Part shown: piece by piece, positions 28,030-36,299 of the stretch
Numbering within the stretch: the stretch's first letter is position 1
Layout: every line of letters begins with the position of its first letter
Source of the DNA: an uncultured Actinomycetes bacterium
GTDB lineage: Bacteria; Actinomycetota; Thermoleophilia; Gaiellales; JAICJC01
Assembly: GCA_963727235.1 (NCBI GenBank)
Contig: CAVSFZ010000026.1
Span: forward strand, 65,286-129,285
Length of the DNA: 64,000 nucleotides
Direction of reading: 5' to 3'
Notes under the pieces: model-generated
The model's input: the letters and a program-made list of their open reading frames with translations, nothing else
Databases searched by the model: none
What the model was told of the DNA's origin: nothing
Translations under genes and position numbers: made by a program

Positions 28030-28602
28030 ATGACAGTCAATGTCGCAGCCGATCGGGACGCAGCGTGGGCGCTTCTGACCGAGTGGACAACCACGGAGGC
28101 GCTGCTGCGCCACGCGCTGGCGGTCGAGGCCGCCACCCGGGCGTACGCCGTCAAGTTCGGTGAGAACGAGGCCGAGTGGGGCAATGTCGCGCTGCTCCAC
28201 GACTTCGACTACGAGCGACACCCCACGCTCGATCAGCATCCCCAGGACGGGGCTCCGGTGCTGCGTGAGCACGGCTACCCCGAGTGGTTCGTGCGGGCGG
28301 TGCTCTCGCACGGCAGCCACACCGGCGTCGCCCGCGAGTCGCTGCTGGAGCGCACGCTGTTTGCCTGTGACGAGATCTCGGGGTTCGTGCACGCCTGCGG
28401 CCTGGTGCGCCCCGAGGGGATCTCCACGCTGACGGTGAAGTCGGTCAAGAAGAAGCTGAAGACGCCCGGCTTTGCCCGCGGCGTCAATCGCGACGACGTG
28501 GTCGAGGGCGCGGCCGAGCTGGGCGTCGACCTGGACGAGCACATCGCTTTCGTGATCACCGCGCTCCAGCCGATCGCGGTCGAGCTGGGGCTGCCCGCCT
28601 AG
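28030..28602 (+). CDS. HD-domain phosphohydrolase
   Basis: LLRHALAVE...LLHDFDYERHP gives the H..HD signature. The ATG at 28030 removes a palindrome-independent N-terminal extension. Confidence 0.75.
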   Translation: MTVNVAADRDAAWALLTEWTTTEALLRHALAVEAATRAYAVKFGENEAEWGNVALLHDFDYERHPTLDQHPQDGAPVLREHGYPEWFVRAVLSHGSHTGVARESLLERTLFACDEISGFVHACGLVRPEGISTLTVKSVKKKLKTPGFARGVNRDDVVEGAAELGVDLDEHIAFVITALQPIAVELGLPA

Positions 28603-29711
28603 TAGTCACCTCGCAGGCCGGCGATCAGCGCATCGATGTCTTCGGGTGCGGTCCACGCCCCGATCGATGCGCGGATGTAGTTGGTGCCGGGAATCGATCG
28701 CACCAGCACGGAGCGCTCGGCCAGGTCGGCCACGAGCCGCTCGGGGTCGGCCACCGTCGGTCCGGTCAGCGCGAGCAGGCCGCTGTCGCTGGGGGCGACC
28801 TCGAGCCCGTCGACGCGTTCCAGGCGGTCGCGAGCAGCAGCCGCCTTGGCGGCGGCGGTCGCGGTCCAGGTCGCGCGGCCACCGGGAAGCGACTCGACCC
28901 ATTCCACCGCCGCGGCGAACCCTGCCAGGGTCGCGGGGTCGATCATGCCGGCGTCCAGGCGCAGCGCACCGGGCCGGTAGTTTCCCGACCCGTCGTGCTC
29001 GATTGACAGATAGCTGGGCATCGGCGGGTGCATGTCTTCGGCGACATCGGCCCGCACCCACAGGGCGCCTGAGCCCATCGGCCCGAGCAGCCACTTCTGC
29101 CCCGAGAAGGCGTAGTAGTCGGCACCCGACGCGGTCACGTCCACGGTGATGTTTCCGGCCGACTGGGCGCCGTCCACGAGCAACCGCGCGCCGACCCCAT
29201 GTGCAGCCTGAGCAATCGCAGGCAGGTCGAGTTCGGCTCCGGTGGTCCAGAGAACGTGGGACAGCGCGACCAGCCTGGCACCCTCGACCACCGCAGGGAT
29301 CACTTCCGCGGGTGGGACTTCGATCACCTCGACCCCGTACCGGACGGCGGCGGTGGCCAGCGGGGCGGTGATGCCGGGATGCTCGTCGGTGGTGGTGACC
29401 ACCCGGTCGCCCGCCTGCCAGTCGATGGCGCCGACGACCGTGGCGACGCCCTGCGAGGTCGAGTTGGTCAGCGCCACATCCTCCGTGCGAGCGCCCACCG
29501 ACCGGGCCGCGGCCGCCCGCGCCCGTTCGCGTCCCTCCATCACCCGATCGAATACCTTGCGAGTGATCCGCGGGTTCCCTACCTGAAACTCGGCTTCTGA
29601 TTGCATGGCTTCGAGCGCGGCCCGGGGCATCGGCCCGCAGGTGCCTGCGTTGAGGAACGAGACTCCCGCCAGGGAGGGCAGCTGATCAAGCACTGAACAC
29701 CACCCTCGCAT
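28599..29711 (-). CDS. class-V aminotransferase (cysteine-desulfurase / epimerase-like, PLP-dependent)
   Basis: FSGQKWLLGPMGSGAL PLP-lysine motif. 370 aa. Its stop overlaps the stop of the convergent HD gene as CTAG. Confidence 0.8.
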   Translation of the reverse strand: MRGWCSVLDQLPSLAGVSFLNAGTCGPMPRAALEAMQSEAEFQVGNPRITRKVFDRVMEGRERARAAAARSVGARTEDVALTNSTSQGVATVVGAIDWQAGDRVVTTTDEHPGITAPLATAAVRYGVEVIEVPPAEVIPAVVEGARLVALSHVLWTTGAELDLPAIAQAAHGVGARLLVDGAQSAGNITVDVTASGADYYAFSGQKWLLGPMGSGALWVRADVAEDMHPPMPSYLSIEHDGSGNYRPGALRLDAGMIDPATLAGFAAAVEWVESLPGGRATWTATAAAKAAAARDRLERVDGLEVAPSDSGLLALTGPTVADPERLVADLAERSVLVRSIPGTNYIRASIGAWTAPEDIDALIAGLRGDY

Positions 29712-30489
29712 CCACCGGACTGTGGTCGGAGAGCCTGAGCGGGCGGCCGCCGTTGAGCTGCAGATCCCGCCGCTTGGGGGGCCAGCGGGCGGCCGGACCG
29801 GCCAATGTCAGACCGCGCACGAACAGGTGGTCGACGCCGACGCCGGCCGGCCCGTCCCCCCAGCCGCGCGCGGCCAACCGCCGCAGCGCCAGGGAGCCGG
29901 CATGTACGTTGAGATCGCCCCCGAACACCATCGGCGCACCCCGGGCAAACTGCTCCAGCGCCCAGCTGGCGGCCTCGATCTGAGGGTCGGCATCGTGTGC
30001 GTCGGCATGCACGTTGCCGACCACGAACTCGGCGCCGCTGCGACGATGCCGCAGGCGCACGAGCTGCGCCACGCGGGGCTCACCACGCAGATGGCGGCGG
30101 GAGTTGACCTGCACCCTGCGGGCCGACACCAACACCAGCTCGGGGCCGTACAGGACGGCCTGGGCCTGCCCCTCGAACTGCGTCTTGACCATGTCGGGCA
30201 GCGCGTTTCCCAGCCACTCGCCCGCCGCCAACGGCAGCGGGATGTGCACGAACGGTATGTGGGCGCCGTAGGTGTGGGCCAGGGTCACTCCCATGTCGGT
30301 GCGCTTGCGCAGCAGCGAGGCGGCCCACACCGGCACCTCCTGCAGCATCACCACGTCGGGCCGGTCGGCAGTGATCAGATCGGCCATCTCCCCCAGCAGC
30401 TTGCGGTGGGCATGCCCGTACTCCGGGCCGGGGGGCACGTCACGTCCGTGGGCAATGTTCCAGGTGCGCACCAGCAACGGGTCGGTCAT
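29686..30489 (-). CDS. endonuclease/exonuclease/phosphatase (EEP) family protein
   Basis: WNIAHGRD..., VVMLQEV, GDLN, and a C-terminal SDHSPV motif. Confidence 0.75.
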   Translation of the reverse strand: MTDPLLVRTWNIAHGRDVPPGPEYGHAHRKLLGEMADLITADRPDVVMLQEVPVWAASLLRKRTDMGVTLAHTYGAHIPFVHIPLPLAAGEWLGNALPDMVKTQFEGQAQAVLYGPELVLVSARRVQVNSRRHLRGEPRVAQLVRLRHRRSGAEFVVGNVHADAHDADPQIEAASWALEQFARGAPMVFGGDLNVHAGSLALRRLAARGWGDGPAGVGVDHLFVRGLTLAGPAARWPPKRRDLQLNGGRPLRLSDHSPVDARVVFSA

Positions 30490-30533
30490 AGGCGCCCAAG
30501 CCTAGCGAACCGGCCCGGCGGCCCCGATAGGAT

Positions 30534-30887
30534 TTGCGCGTGTGGTTCCTCCGGCCCAAGCCCCAGTTTGCCGACCTGATCCAGGTGCAGCTCGAGCTGT
30601 TCGAGCGTGAGCACCATCAGCTGCTCGAGCAGGTGGCCGCTGCCGAGCAGCAGTACCGCCGTGCCCGAGGCCCCGAATCCGAGGAGCTGTACGGCGACTA
30701 CATGGATCTGGTGGAAGCAGCCGAAGACGATCTCTTGGCGCTGCGCGACCGGTACGCCGAGACGATGGCGGCCCGCGAGCGCCGCCGGTATGAACGGGAG
30801 TTCACGCGCACGGCGGAGCGGACGCTGCCCACTCTGGTGGCACGCCGCCACTACCTGCGGGCGATCGACCCCGACAACGATCTGTGA
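30534..30887 (+). CDS. hypothetical helical, charged protein
   Basis: 117-aa ORF (TTG at 30534, or GTG at 30540) with coiled-coil-like composition. GTGA-coupled to dedA. Confidence 0.45.
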   Translation: MRVWFLRPKPQFADLIQVQLELFEREHHQLLEQVAAAEQQYRRARGPESEELYGDYMDLVEAAEDDLLALRDRYAETMAARERRRYEREFTRTAERTLPTLVARRHYLRAIDPDNDL

Positions 30888-31474
30888 ACACCGTTCTCGA
30901 GTGGTTCGGCCGCTACGGGTACTACGCGGTCTTCTTCCCGGTGCTGCTGGAACCGGTCGGGATCCCGTTTCCGGCGGAGACGATCCTGCTGGCGGGAGGG
31001 GCGACTGCCAAGCTGGGACATCTGGACCTGGTGCTGGTGATGGGAGTCGGCTTTGCCGCAGCCGTGATCGGCGGCACCCTGGGGTTCGAGATCGGTCACC
31101 GGGGAGGCAAGCCCCTGATCGACTGGGCTGTGCAGCGGCATCTGGTGAAGCAGGTGCATGTCGATCGGGTGGTGGCGTTCTTCGATCGCCACGGCGGCAA
31201 GACGCTGGTGTTCATCCGATTCGTGCCCGGTGTCCGCATCCCCACCTTCTGGATGGCCGGCGCCAGCGGTATGCAGCTGCGCGTCTTCATGTTCTGGAAT
31301 GTGCTCGGTGCGGCGCTGTGGACGACCGTCATCATCCTGATCGGGTACGTCTTCGCAAGCTCTGTGGATGCGATCTCGCAGCTCCTGGGCCGAGATGTGG
31401 CCGTGGCCGGGATCGTGATTGTGGCGATCGCCGTCGGTGTCTATGAGGTGCGTCGCCGGCTCCGCCCCAAATGA
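30884..31474 (+). CDS. dedA: DedA-family membrane protein
   Basis: YGYYAVFFPVLLEPVGIPFPAETILLAGG and FIRFVPGVR motifs. 196 aa. Confidence 0.85.
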   Translation: MNTVLEWFGRYGYYAVFFPVLLEPVGIPFPAETILLAGGATAKLGHLDLVLVMGVGFAAAVIGGTLGFEIGHRGGKPLIDWAVQRHLVKQVHVDRVVAFFDRHGGKTLVFIRFVPGVRIPTFWMAGASGMQLRVFMFWNVLGAALWTTVIILIGYVFASSVDAISQLLGRDVAVAGIVIVAIAVGVYEVRRRLRPK

Positions 31475-31483
31475 CAGAAGGGC

Positions 31484-31512
31484 TTGATTATCGAACGTAT
31501 GTTCGATAGTGT
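31484..31512 (+). promoter_or_regulatory. candidate imuB promoter: TTGATT-N17-TAGTGT
   Basis: -35 TTGATT (31484-31489), a 17-nt spacer, and -10 TAGTGT (31507-31512). The ATG is at 31525. Confidence 0.5.
31489..31508. promoter_or_regulatory. LexA SOS box (Gram-positive / actinobacterial type)
   Basis: Perfect palindrome TATCGAAC-GTAT-GTTCGATA. The core TCGAACGTATGTTCGA matches TCGAAC-N4-GTTCGA. It fills the spacer of the candidate promoter, 17 nt upstream of the imuB ATG. Confidence 0.85.
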
Positions 31513-31524
31513 GGGGAGCCCTCT

Positions 31525-32721
31525 ATGCCTCGGAATCACCGCACAATTGTCTGCACAATCGTCCCCCGCTTCGCCTTGCGGGTGGCCGCCGGCAACGAGG
31601 GTCGCCTGGCCGATCAGCCGCTCGCACTGGGCCCCGAGCCCGGCGGCCCTCCCCACATCGGCGAGGCCAGTGCAGCCGCTGCTGCCCACGGAGTCCGCGC
31701 CGGCATGCGGGTGGGCGAAGCGATCGCCCGCTGCCCCCAGCTGCAGCTGGTAACGCCCGATCCTGGAGCGGTGGCCATCGCCAACGAGGAGTTGCTCAGC
31801 CGGCTGGAACACCTCGGCGCGGCGGTGGAACCACTCGCACCCGGCGCCTCATTGTTTGCCGCCGACGGTCTTACGCGGCTGCATCACGGCACCATGCGGC
31901 TCTTGCACACGGTCTCCGCCGCGCTGCCCACGGGAGGTCGTGTCGGAGCCGGGCCGGGCCGCTTCATCGCCCGGGCGGCGGCGGCCAAGGCCCGCCACCG
32001 GCAACCGTTCACCGTTGAGCCCGGTGCCGCCGCCGGCTTTCTCGCCCCGTTGGCCGTTGCCCAACTCGACCTCGAGCCGTCACTCTGTGCCCAGCTGACC
32101 ACGCTCGGAATCGCCACCATCGGCGATTTGGCGGCGCTGCCGCTGCCGGCGGTGGCCGATCGCTTCGGCCGGAGTGGAATCGAGGCTTGGCGCCTGGCAC
32201 GCGGCGAGGACGAAGCTCACGTGATCCCCCGGATGCCGCCCGAGCCGCTGCGCGAGATGATCGAGTTCCCCGACCCCGTCGGTGATGAGCTGACGCTGCG
32301 CGGCGCCATCGCCGTCCTGGTCGATCGGCTGCTGGCCAACCCCGCCCGCAGAGGCCGACCGGCTCGCTCGGTCACGATCTCTGCCAGGTTGGCGGCGGGG
32401 GGATCGTGGCGACGACCGATCGCACTTCGTGACGCCACTGCCGAGCCGCGCCGGCTGCGGGATGCCGTCAGCCCGCGGCTGACGGAACTGCCCGCGGCGG
32501 TCATCCAGCTCGAGCTGGAGCTGACTGAGCTGGCCCAAAGCGGGGCCCAGCAGCTGTCGCTGCTGCATCCGCCCGAAGAGCTCTTGCGCGAGCGGGCGGC
32601 CGAGGCGGCCAAGCAGGTGCGCGCCGGCGTGGGTGAGGGCAGCCTGTGGCGAGTGGTCGAAGTCGCACCGTGGTCACGGGTCCCCGAGGGGCGCGACCTG
32701 CTGATCCCGTTTGACGGTTGA
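31525..32721 (+). CDS. imuB: ImuB-like catalytically inactive Y-family DNA polymerase
   Basis: Overall Y-family layout, but the N-terminus IVCTIVPRFALRVAAG lacks the catalytic D.D/E acidic residues. It is SOS-boxed, and dnaE2 is nearby. At 398 aa it is short for ImuB. Confidence 0.75.
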   Translation: MPRNHRTIVCTIVPRFALRVAAGNEGRLADQPLALGPEPGGPPHIGEASAAAAAHGVRAGMRVGEAIARCPQLQLVTPDPGAVAIANEELLSRLEHLGAAVEPLAPGASLFAADGLTRLHHGTMRLLHTVSAALPTGGRVGAGPGRFIARAAAAKARHRQPFTVEPGAAAGFLAPLAVAQLDLEPSLCAQLTTLGIATIGDLAALPLPAVADRFGRSGIEAWRLARGEDEAHVIPRMPPEPLREMIEFPDPVGDELTLRGAIAVLVDRLLANPARRGRPARSVTISARLAAGGSWRRPIALRDATAEPRRLRDAVSPRLTELPAAVIQLELELTELAQSGAQQLSLLHPPEELLRERAAEAAKQVRAGVGEGSLWRVVEVAPWSRVPEGRDLLIPFDG

Positions 32722-33648
32722 CGGCTCCCACACGAAGCTTGCGACCGCCACCACCACCATCAGCAGCGTGGCGGCCAGCGCGACGTGCACTGCCACCAAC
32801 TGCCACGGGAGGCCGTTGCGGTACTGCACCTCCCCCACGATTGCCTGACAACCGAGCAGCACAACCGCTGCCAGCGCCAGCCGTGCCGGCACCGTATGCG
32901 CCGCGCGGCGCCACAGCCACACGGCCAGCACCACCAGCAGGACAGTGAAGATGGTCGCGATGCGGACATGCAGCCAGGTCGACCGGTAGAAGTTCCACAG
33001 CCGCTCGATGGGGGTGTCGGTGCTGCCCGGATGAGGGCCGGAGGCGGTCACGAACGCCCCGGTGGTGACCAGCGCGAGACCGCCGATCGCGGTCACCCAG
33101 GCCAGTCCACCCATGCGCCGATCGCCGAGCAGCGCCGGGCCTCCCCGGTCGAGTCGGACAGCCCGCACGGTCACCCACGTCCACACTGCCACCACCACCA
33201 TCGCCAGCAGGAAATGCGACATCACCAGGAACGGATTGAGATCGAGCGCCACGGTGAGCGCTCCCAGGGGCACCTGGGCGATCGTTCCCAACGCCGCGGC
33301 CGCGGCGGCCAGCCTGACACCGCGACCGAGCCCAGCGGTGCGTCGAGCCATCACGGCCGCGATCACCGTCACGACCATCGCGATCCCCGAGATCACACGG
33401 TTGGAGAACTCGATCAACGCGTGGCCGGACGCCTGAGGTACAAGGCTGTTGGCCTCGCAGGTGGGCCAGTGCGGGCAGCCGAGGCCCGAGGCGGTCAGCC
33501 GCACCAGAGCACCCGTTGTGACCACCAGCCACAGCAGCCCGAGCGAGATCGCGGCGACGTACATGAACGTGTGGGCCGACACCCCGCGGCGTGCGGTCAA
33601 CCCGATCGGAGGGCGAGGGATGTCGGCGTCGTCGACTGAGTGGGACAT
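32674..33648 (-). CDS. ctaA: heme A synthase (COX15/CtaA)
   Basis: LVRLTASGLGCPHWPTC motif and a multi-TM protein rich in His. I preferred the ATG at 33648 over the TTG at 33708. Confidence 0.85.
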   Translation of the reverse strand: MSHSVDDADIPRPPIGLTARRGVSAHTFMYVAAISLGLLWLVVTTGALVRLTASGLGCPHWPTCEANSLVPQASGHALIEFSNRVISGIAMVVTVIAAVMARRTAGLGRGVRLAAAAAALGTIAQVPLGALTVALDLNPFLVMSHFLLAMVVVAVWTWVTVRAVRLDRGGPALLGDRRMGGLAWVTAIGGLALVTTGAFVTASGPHPGSTDTPIERLWNFYRSTWLHVRIATIFTVLLVVLAVWLWRRAAHTVPARLALAAVVLLGCQAIVGEVQYRNGLPWQLVAVHVALAATLLMVVVAVASFVWEPSTVKRDQQVAPLGDP

Positions 33649-33720
33649 GCCTGACCGGAGCGTATCGCCGATCGCCGAACCGTTCGTCCATCCCCCTTTG
33701 CAGGACAAATTTACAGTTTA

Positions 33721-33749
33721 TTGACCAGGTGACTTGAGTAACCTACTCT
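33721..33749 (+). promoter_or_regulatory. candidate sigma70-type promoter: TTGACC-N17-TACTCT
   Basis: Lies in a stretch that is ~47% GC by hand count (33701-33780). It is followed by the GGAGGGAGAGG ribosome-binding site and the GTG at 33785. Confidence 0.5.
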
Positions 33750-33784
33750 TCCCCGGTTAGTCCTTTCAGGGAGGGAGAGGTCGA

Positions 33785-34939
33785 GTGAAGCTCCGGGCAT
33801 TACGGGGGGCGCTGCCCCTGCTGGTACTCATGGCCGCGCTGATGATTGCGGCGGTCGCCGACGCCGCGACGGTGGCCAACAAGCCGCTGGGATCGGTTCA
33901 GGCCAACGGCAAGGTGAACGTGATCGTGATCAGCGGGAACACGGCGTACCTGGGTGGCGCATTCACTGCGATGCGACCGGCGGGATCGACCACCGGCGGC
34001 ACCACGCGTAATCACGCCGCTGCGGTTGATCTCAGCACGGGTGCGCTGCTTCCGTGGAATCCAAACGTCAACAGCGCCGTCAACTCACTGGCCGTGTCGG
34101 GAAGCACGGTCTACATCGGCGGCGTGTTCTCGACGGTGGGGAGCTCGAGCCGTAAGAACATCGCGGCCGTCAACGCGAGCACCGGCGCCGTCATCACCGG
34201 GTTCAAGACCGCCAACGTGAACCACGGCGTGTATGCCATCGCGCCGTCGGGCTCGCACCTGTACATCGGTGGAGCGTTCACAACCATCGGCGGAGCTCCG
34301 CGGGCATACGCGGCCGACGTCAGCCCCACCTCGGGAGCGCTCAATCCGGGATTCGCCCCGGTGCTCGACAACCAGGTGCGTGCGATCACACTGACATCGG
34401 ATGGGATCGTGCTGGGCGGAAACTTCACCACTCTCAACGGGGCGTCGAGCGTCTCGATCGGCAAGGTCAACTCGTCCGGTGGATCGATGACGTGGAACTG
34501 GCACGGCCCGCCGGGCGGCGGCACCCATCCGTTCCAGGTGGACGCGATCACACAGGACTCCACCGGAATCTATGCCGCAGGCACCGGCAACGGCGGCTCG
34601 TTCATGAAGTTCAACTCACAGGGCGACCTGCAGTTCATCGGCGGCACCAACGGCAACGTCACCGCGCTGGGACTGGACGGCGGCTACCTGTACGTGGGCG
34701 GCCACTTCCAGGGCTACTGCGGTCTGATCATGGGCAACAACTTCTGCACCGTGGCTGCGACCCGCCACAAGCTGCTGGCTGTCAGCACCAGCGACGGCAG
34801 CCTGCAGAGCTGGAACCCGACGGCCAACATGGCGCTGGGCGTGTTCGCGATGGATGCGGGTGGCGGTCACGTCGCGGTTGGTGGTGACTTCACCAAGATC
34901 GGCGGCGTCACCCAGCAGGGATTCGCCCGGTTCGGCTGA
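33785..34939 (+). CDS. secreted protein with a 7-bladed beta-propeller-like repeat
   Basis: Signal peptide MKLRALRGALPLLVLMAALMIAAVADA, then about 7 repeats of the V.A[IL]A.SGS.[LV]YIGG.F[TS]..GG..R...A.V....G pattern. The family is not verified. Confidence 0.7.
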   Translation: MKLRALRGALPLLVLMAALMIAAVADAATVANKPLGSVQANGKVNVIVISGNTAYLGGAFTAMRPAGSTTGGTTRNHAAAVDLSTGALLPWNPNVNSAVNSLAVSGSTVYIGGVFSTVGSSSRKNIAAVNASTGAVITGFKTANVNHGVYAIAPSGSHLYIGGAFTTIGGAPRAYAADVSPTSGALNPGFAPVLDNQVRAITLTSDGIVLGGNFTTLNGASSVSIGKVNSSGGSMTWNWHGPPGGGTHPFQVDAITQDSTGIYAAGTGNGGSFMKFNSQGDLQFIGGTNGNVTALGLDGGYLYVGGHFQGYCGLIMGNNFCTVAATRHKLLAVSTSDGSLQSWNPTANMALGVFAMDAGGGHVAVGGDFTKIGGVTQQGFARFG

Positions 34940-34947
34940 GCGTGATC

Positions 34948-34976
34948 GGGGGTGGCGGGGCGGGCCCGTCACCCCC
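34948..34976 (+). terminator. GC-rich hairpin after the propeller gene
   Basis: GGGGGTG (34948-34954) pairs with CACCCCC (34970-34976), beginning 9 nt after the stop. There is no clear U-tract. Confidence 0.3.
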
Positions 34977-35035
34977 CTTCGTCCGACGCAATCGGTGTCA
35001 TACTTCGACGAGCGGTTTTGCCACACCGCGGAAGG

Positions 35036-35218
35036 ATGGCTCGGGCTCCAGTGTCGGAAAAAGAATTGATCCTGTGTACGACGTGCCGGAAAGAGACTCC
35101 GCACGTCGTCGGCATGGTCATGGGCGGAGAGCCGCTCAAGCTCGTGCTCACCTGCGAGGTCTGCGGCAAGCGGCTCGAGAGCATCCCGCCGCCACCCAGC
35201 CCCAAACCCGGGGCATGA
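35036..35218 (+). CDS. small zinc-ribbon protein (60 aa)
   Basis: The ATG at 35036 follows GGAAGG. Two CxxC pairs: CTTC...CEVC. Pro-rich tail. Confidence 0.45.
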   Translation: MARAPVSEKELILCTTCRKETPHVVGMVMGGEPLKLVLTCEVCGKRLESIPPPPSPKPGA

Positions 35219-35234
35219 TTGCCAGACCCAAGGG

Positions 35235-35855
35235 TCAGTAACCCCGGAAGGGTTCCCACAGTACGATTGCCTGCTTGGCCGCGTCGCAGACAGGGGTCAC
35301 GTCGACCGTGAGGCGCGTCTCGGGGATGCTCAGGCCGGGCCACTCACACACGAACGTGAGCTCGCCCGGCGGTGGGAGGGGCCACAGCCAGTATCGCCAC
35401 TCCCAGCTGCCTCCACCGCCGCCGCCACCGTGCTCCGACAACAAGGGGCCATCGGGCGGAGTTTTCTCCTCAGTGGCCCCGTGTGCCACGATCCTGCCGG
35501 GAGCGCCGCCGTAGGTTGCGGCGGACGATCCATCCGCCAAGATCACACCGAGCCACAACCCCCGCTCGGCCAGGTTGCGACGCATCACCCGAGGAGTCAG
35601 GTGCATCTCCTCGTCGAACTGCTCTGCGACCTGCCTGCTTCCAGCGCGAGTCTCAACCTGAAACGACACCCCCGTCGGGTAGGCGACAACCCGCGTCACC
35701 ACCACCACCAAGTCAGCGCGCTGTACCAAGACCGCCCTCAGCGCGACCGGCATTCCCAGCACGTTCGTAGGCTCCGCGAACCACTCCGGCGGCGCCCACC
35801 AATCCGGGTCATCCGGCGGCTCGTCGGGCGGTGGTGGGGGATCGAAGAATCCCAC
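35235..35855 (-). CDS. hypothetical Pro/Trp-rich protein (206 aa)
   Basis: MGFFDPPPPPDEPPDDPDWWAPPEWF... followed by a Gly7 run, then WEWRYWLWPLPPPGELTFVCEWPG. Coherent ORF, no family recognised. Confidence 0.5.
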   Translation of the reverse strand: MGFFDPPPPPDEPPDDPDWWAPPEWFAEPTNVLGMPVALRAVLVQRADLVVVVTRVVAYPTGVSFQVETRAGSRQVAEQFDEEMHLTPRVMRRNLAERGLWLGVILADGSSAATYGGAPGRIVAHGATEEKTPPDGPLLSEHGGGGGGGSWEWRYWLWPLPPPGELTFVCEWPGLSIPETRLTVDVTPVCDAAKQAIVLWEPFRGY

Positions 35856-35916
35856 ACTTCCAACTTACCCCACGAGCAGCGTAAACTGTGCGTATCGTTA
35901 CTTCGGGGGTGTCGCG

Positions 35917-36267
35917 GTGCAGTGCAGCCATTGCGGAGGTGTGGTCGATCGGGAGTTCCGATACTGCCCTTGGTGCTCGATGGCGCAGGTCGGCAAGGCC
36001 GTCGCGCAGTTCCCTCCCCACCCCGAGGTTGACACTCCCGGTCGCGGGCTGCGCGTGTCGCGCTACTTCGATCCAGAGGTCGGCCCACTGCACACCCGCT
36101 TGAGCATCTACGACGCCGAGGGACGGGTCACCAGCGTGGTCGCGCTTGACGACGAGCACACCGCGGGGCTGTCCAAGTTCCTGCACACCCTGGCGGATGA
36201 CGCACCGACCGAGCGCATCGGCGACCCGTTGAAACGGTTGGTCGAGAGGCTCGATCCTCGGGGCTGA
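35917..36267 (+). CDS. zinc-ribbon-containing hypothetical protein (116 aa)
   Basis: GTG start. The N-terminal CSHCGG...YCPWC forms a four-Cys ribbon, followed by a globular C-terminal region. Confidence 0.5.
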   Translation: MQCSHCGGVVDREFRYCPWCSMAQVGKAVAQFPPHPEVDTPGRGLRVSRYFDPEVGPLHTRLSIYDAEGRVTSVVALDDEHTAGLSKFLHTLADDAPTERIGDPLKRLVERLDPRG

Positions 36268-36299
36268 CGCGCCGGCGGCCGCTTGGGTATCCTGCGGGA

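Noticed and set aside
35856-35916. A third SOS box upstream of the 116-aa zinc-ribbon gene (AAACTGTGCGTATCGTTAC)
   Set aside because: It has only a loose AAC-N10-GTT or partial CTGT-N8 resemblance. It does not match the TCGAAC-N4-GTTCGA form that is perfect at the two other sites.
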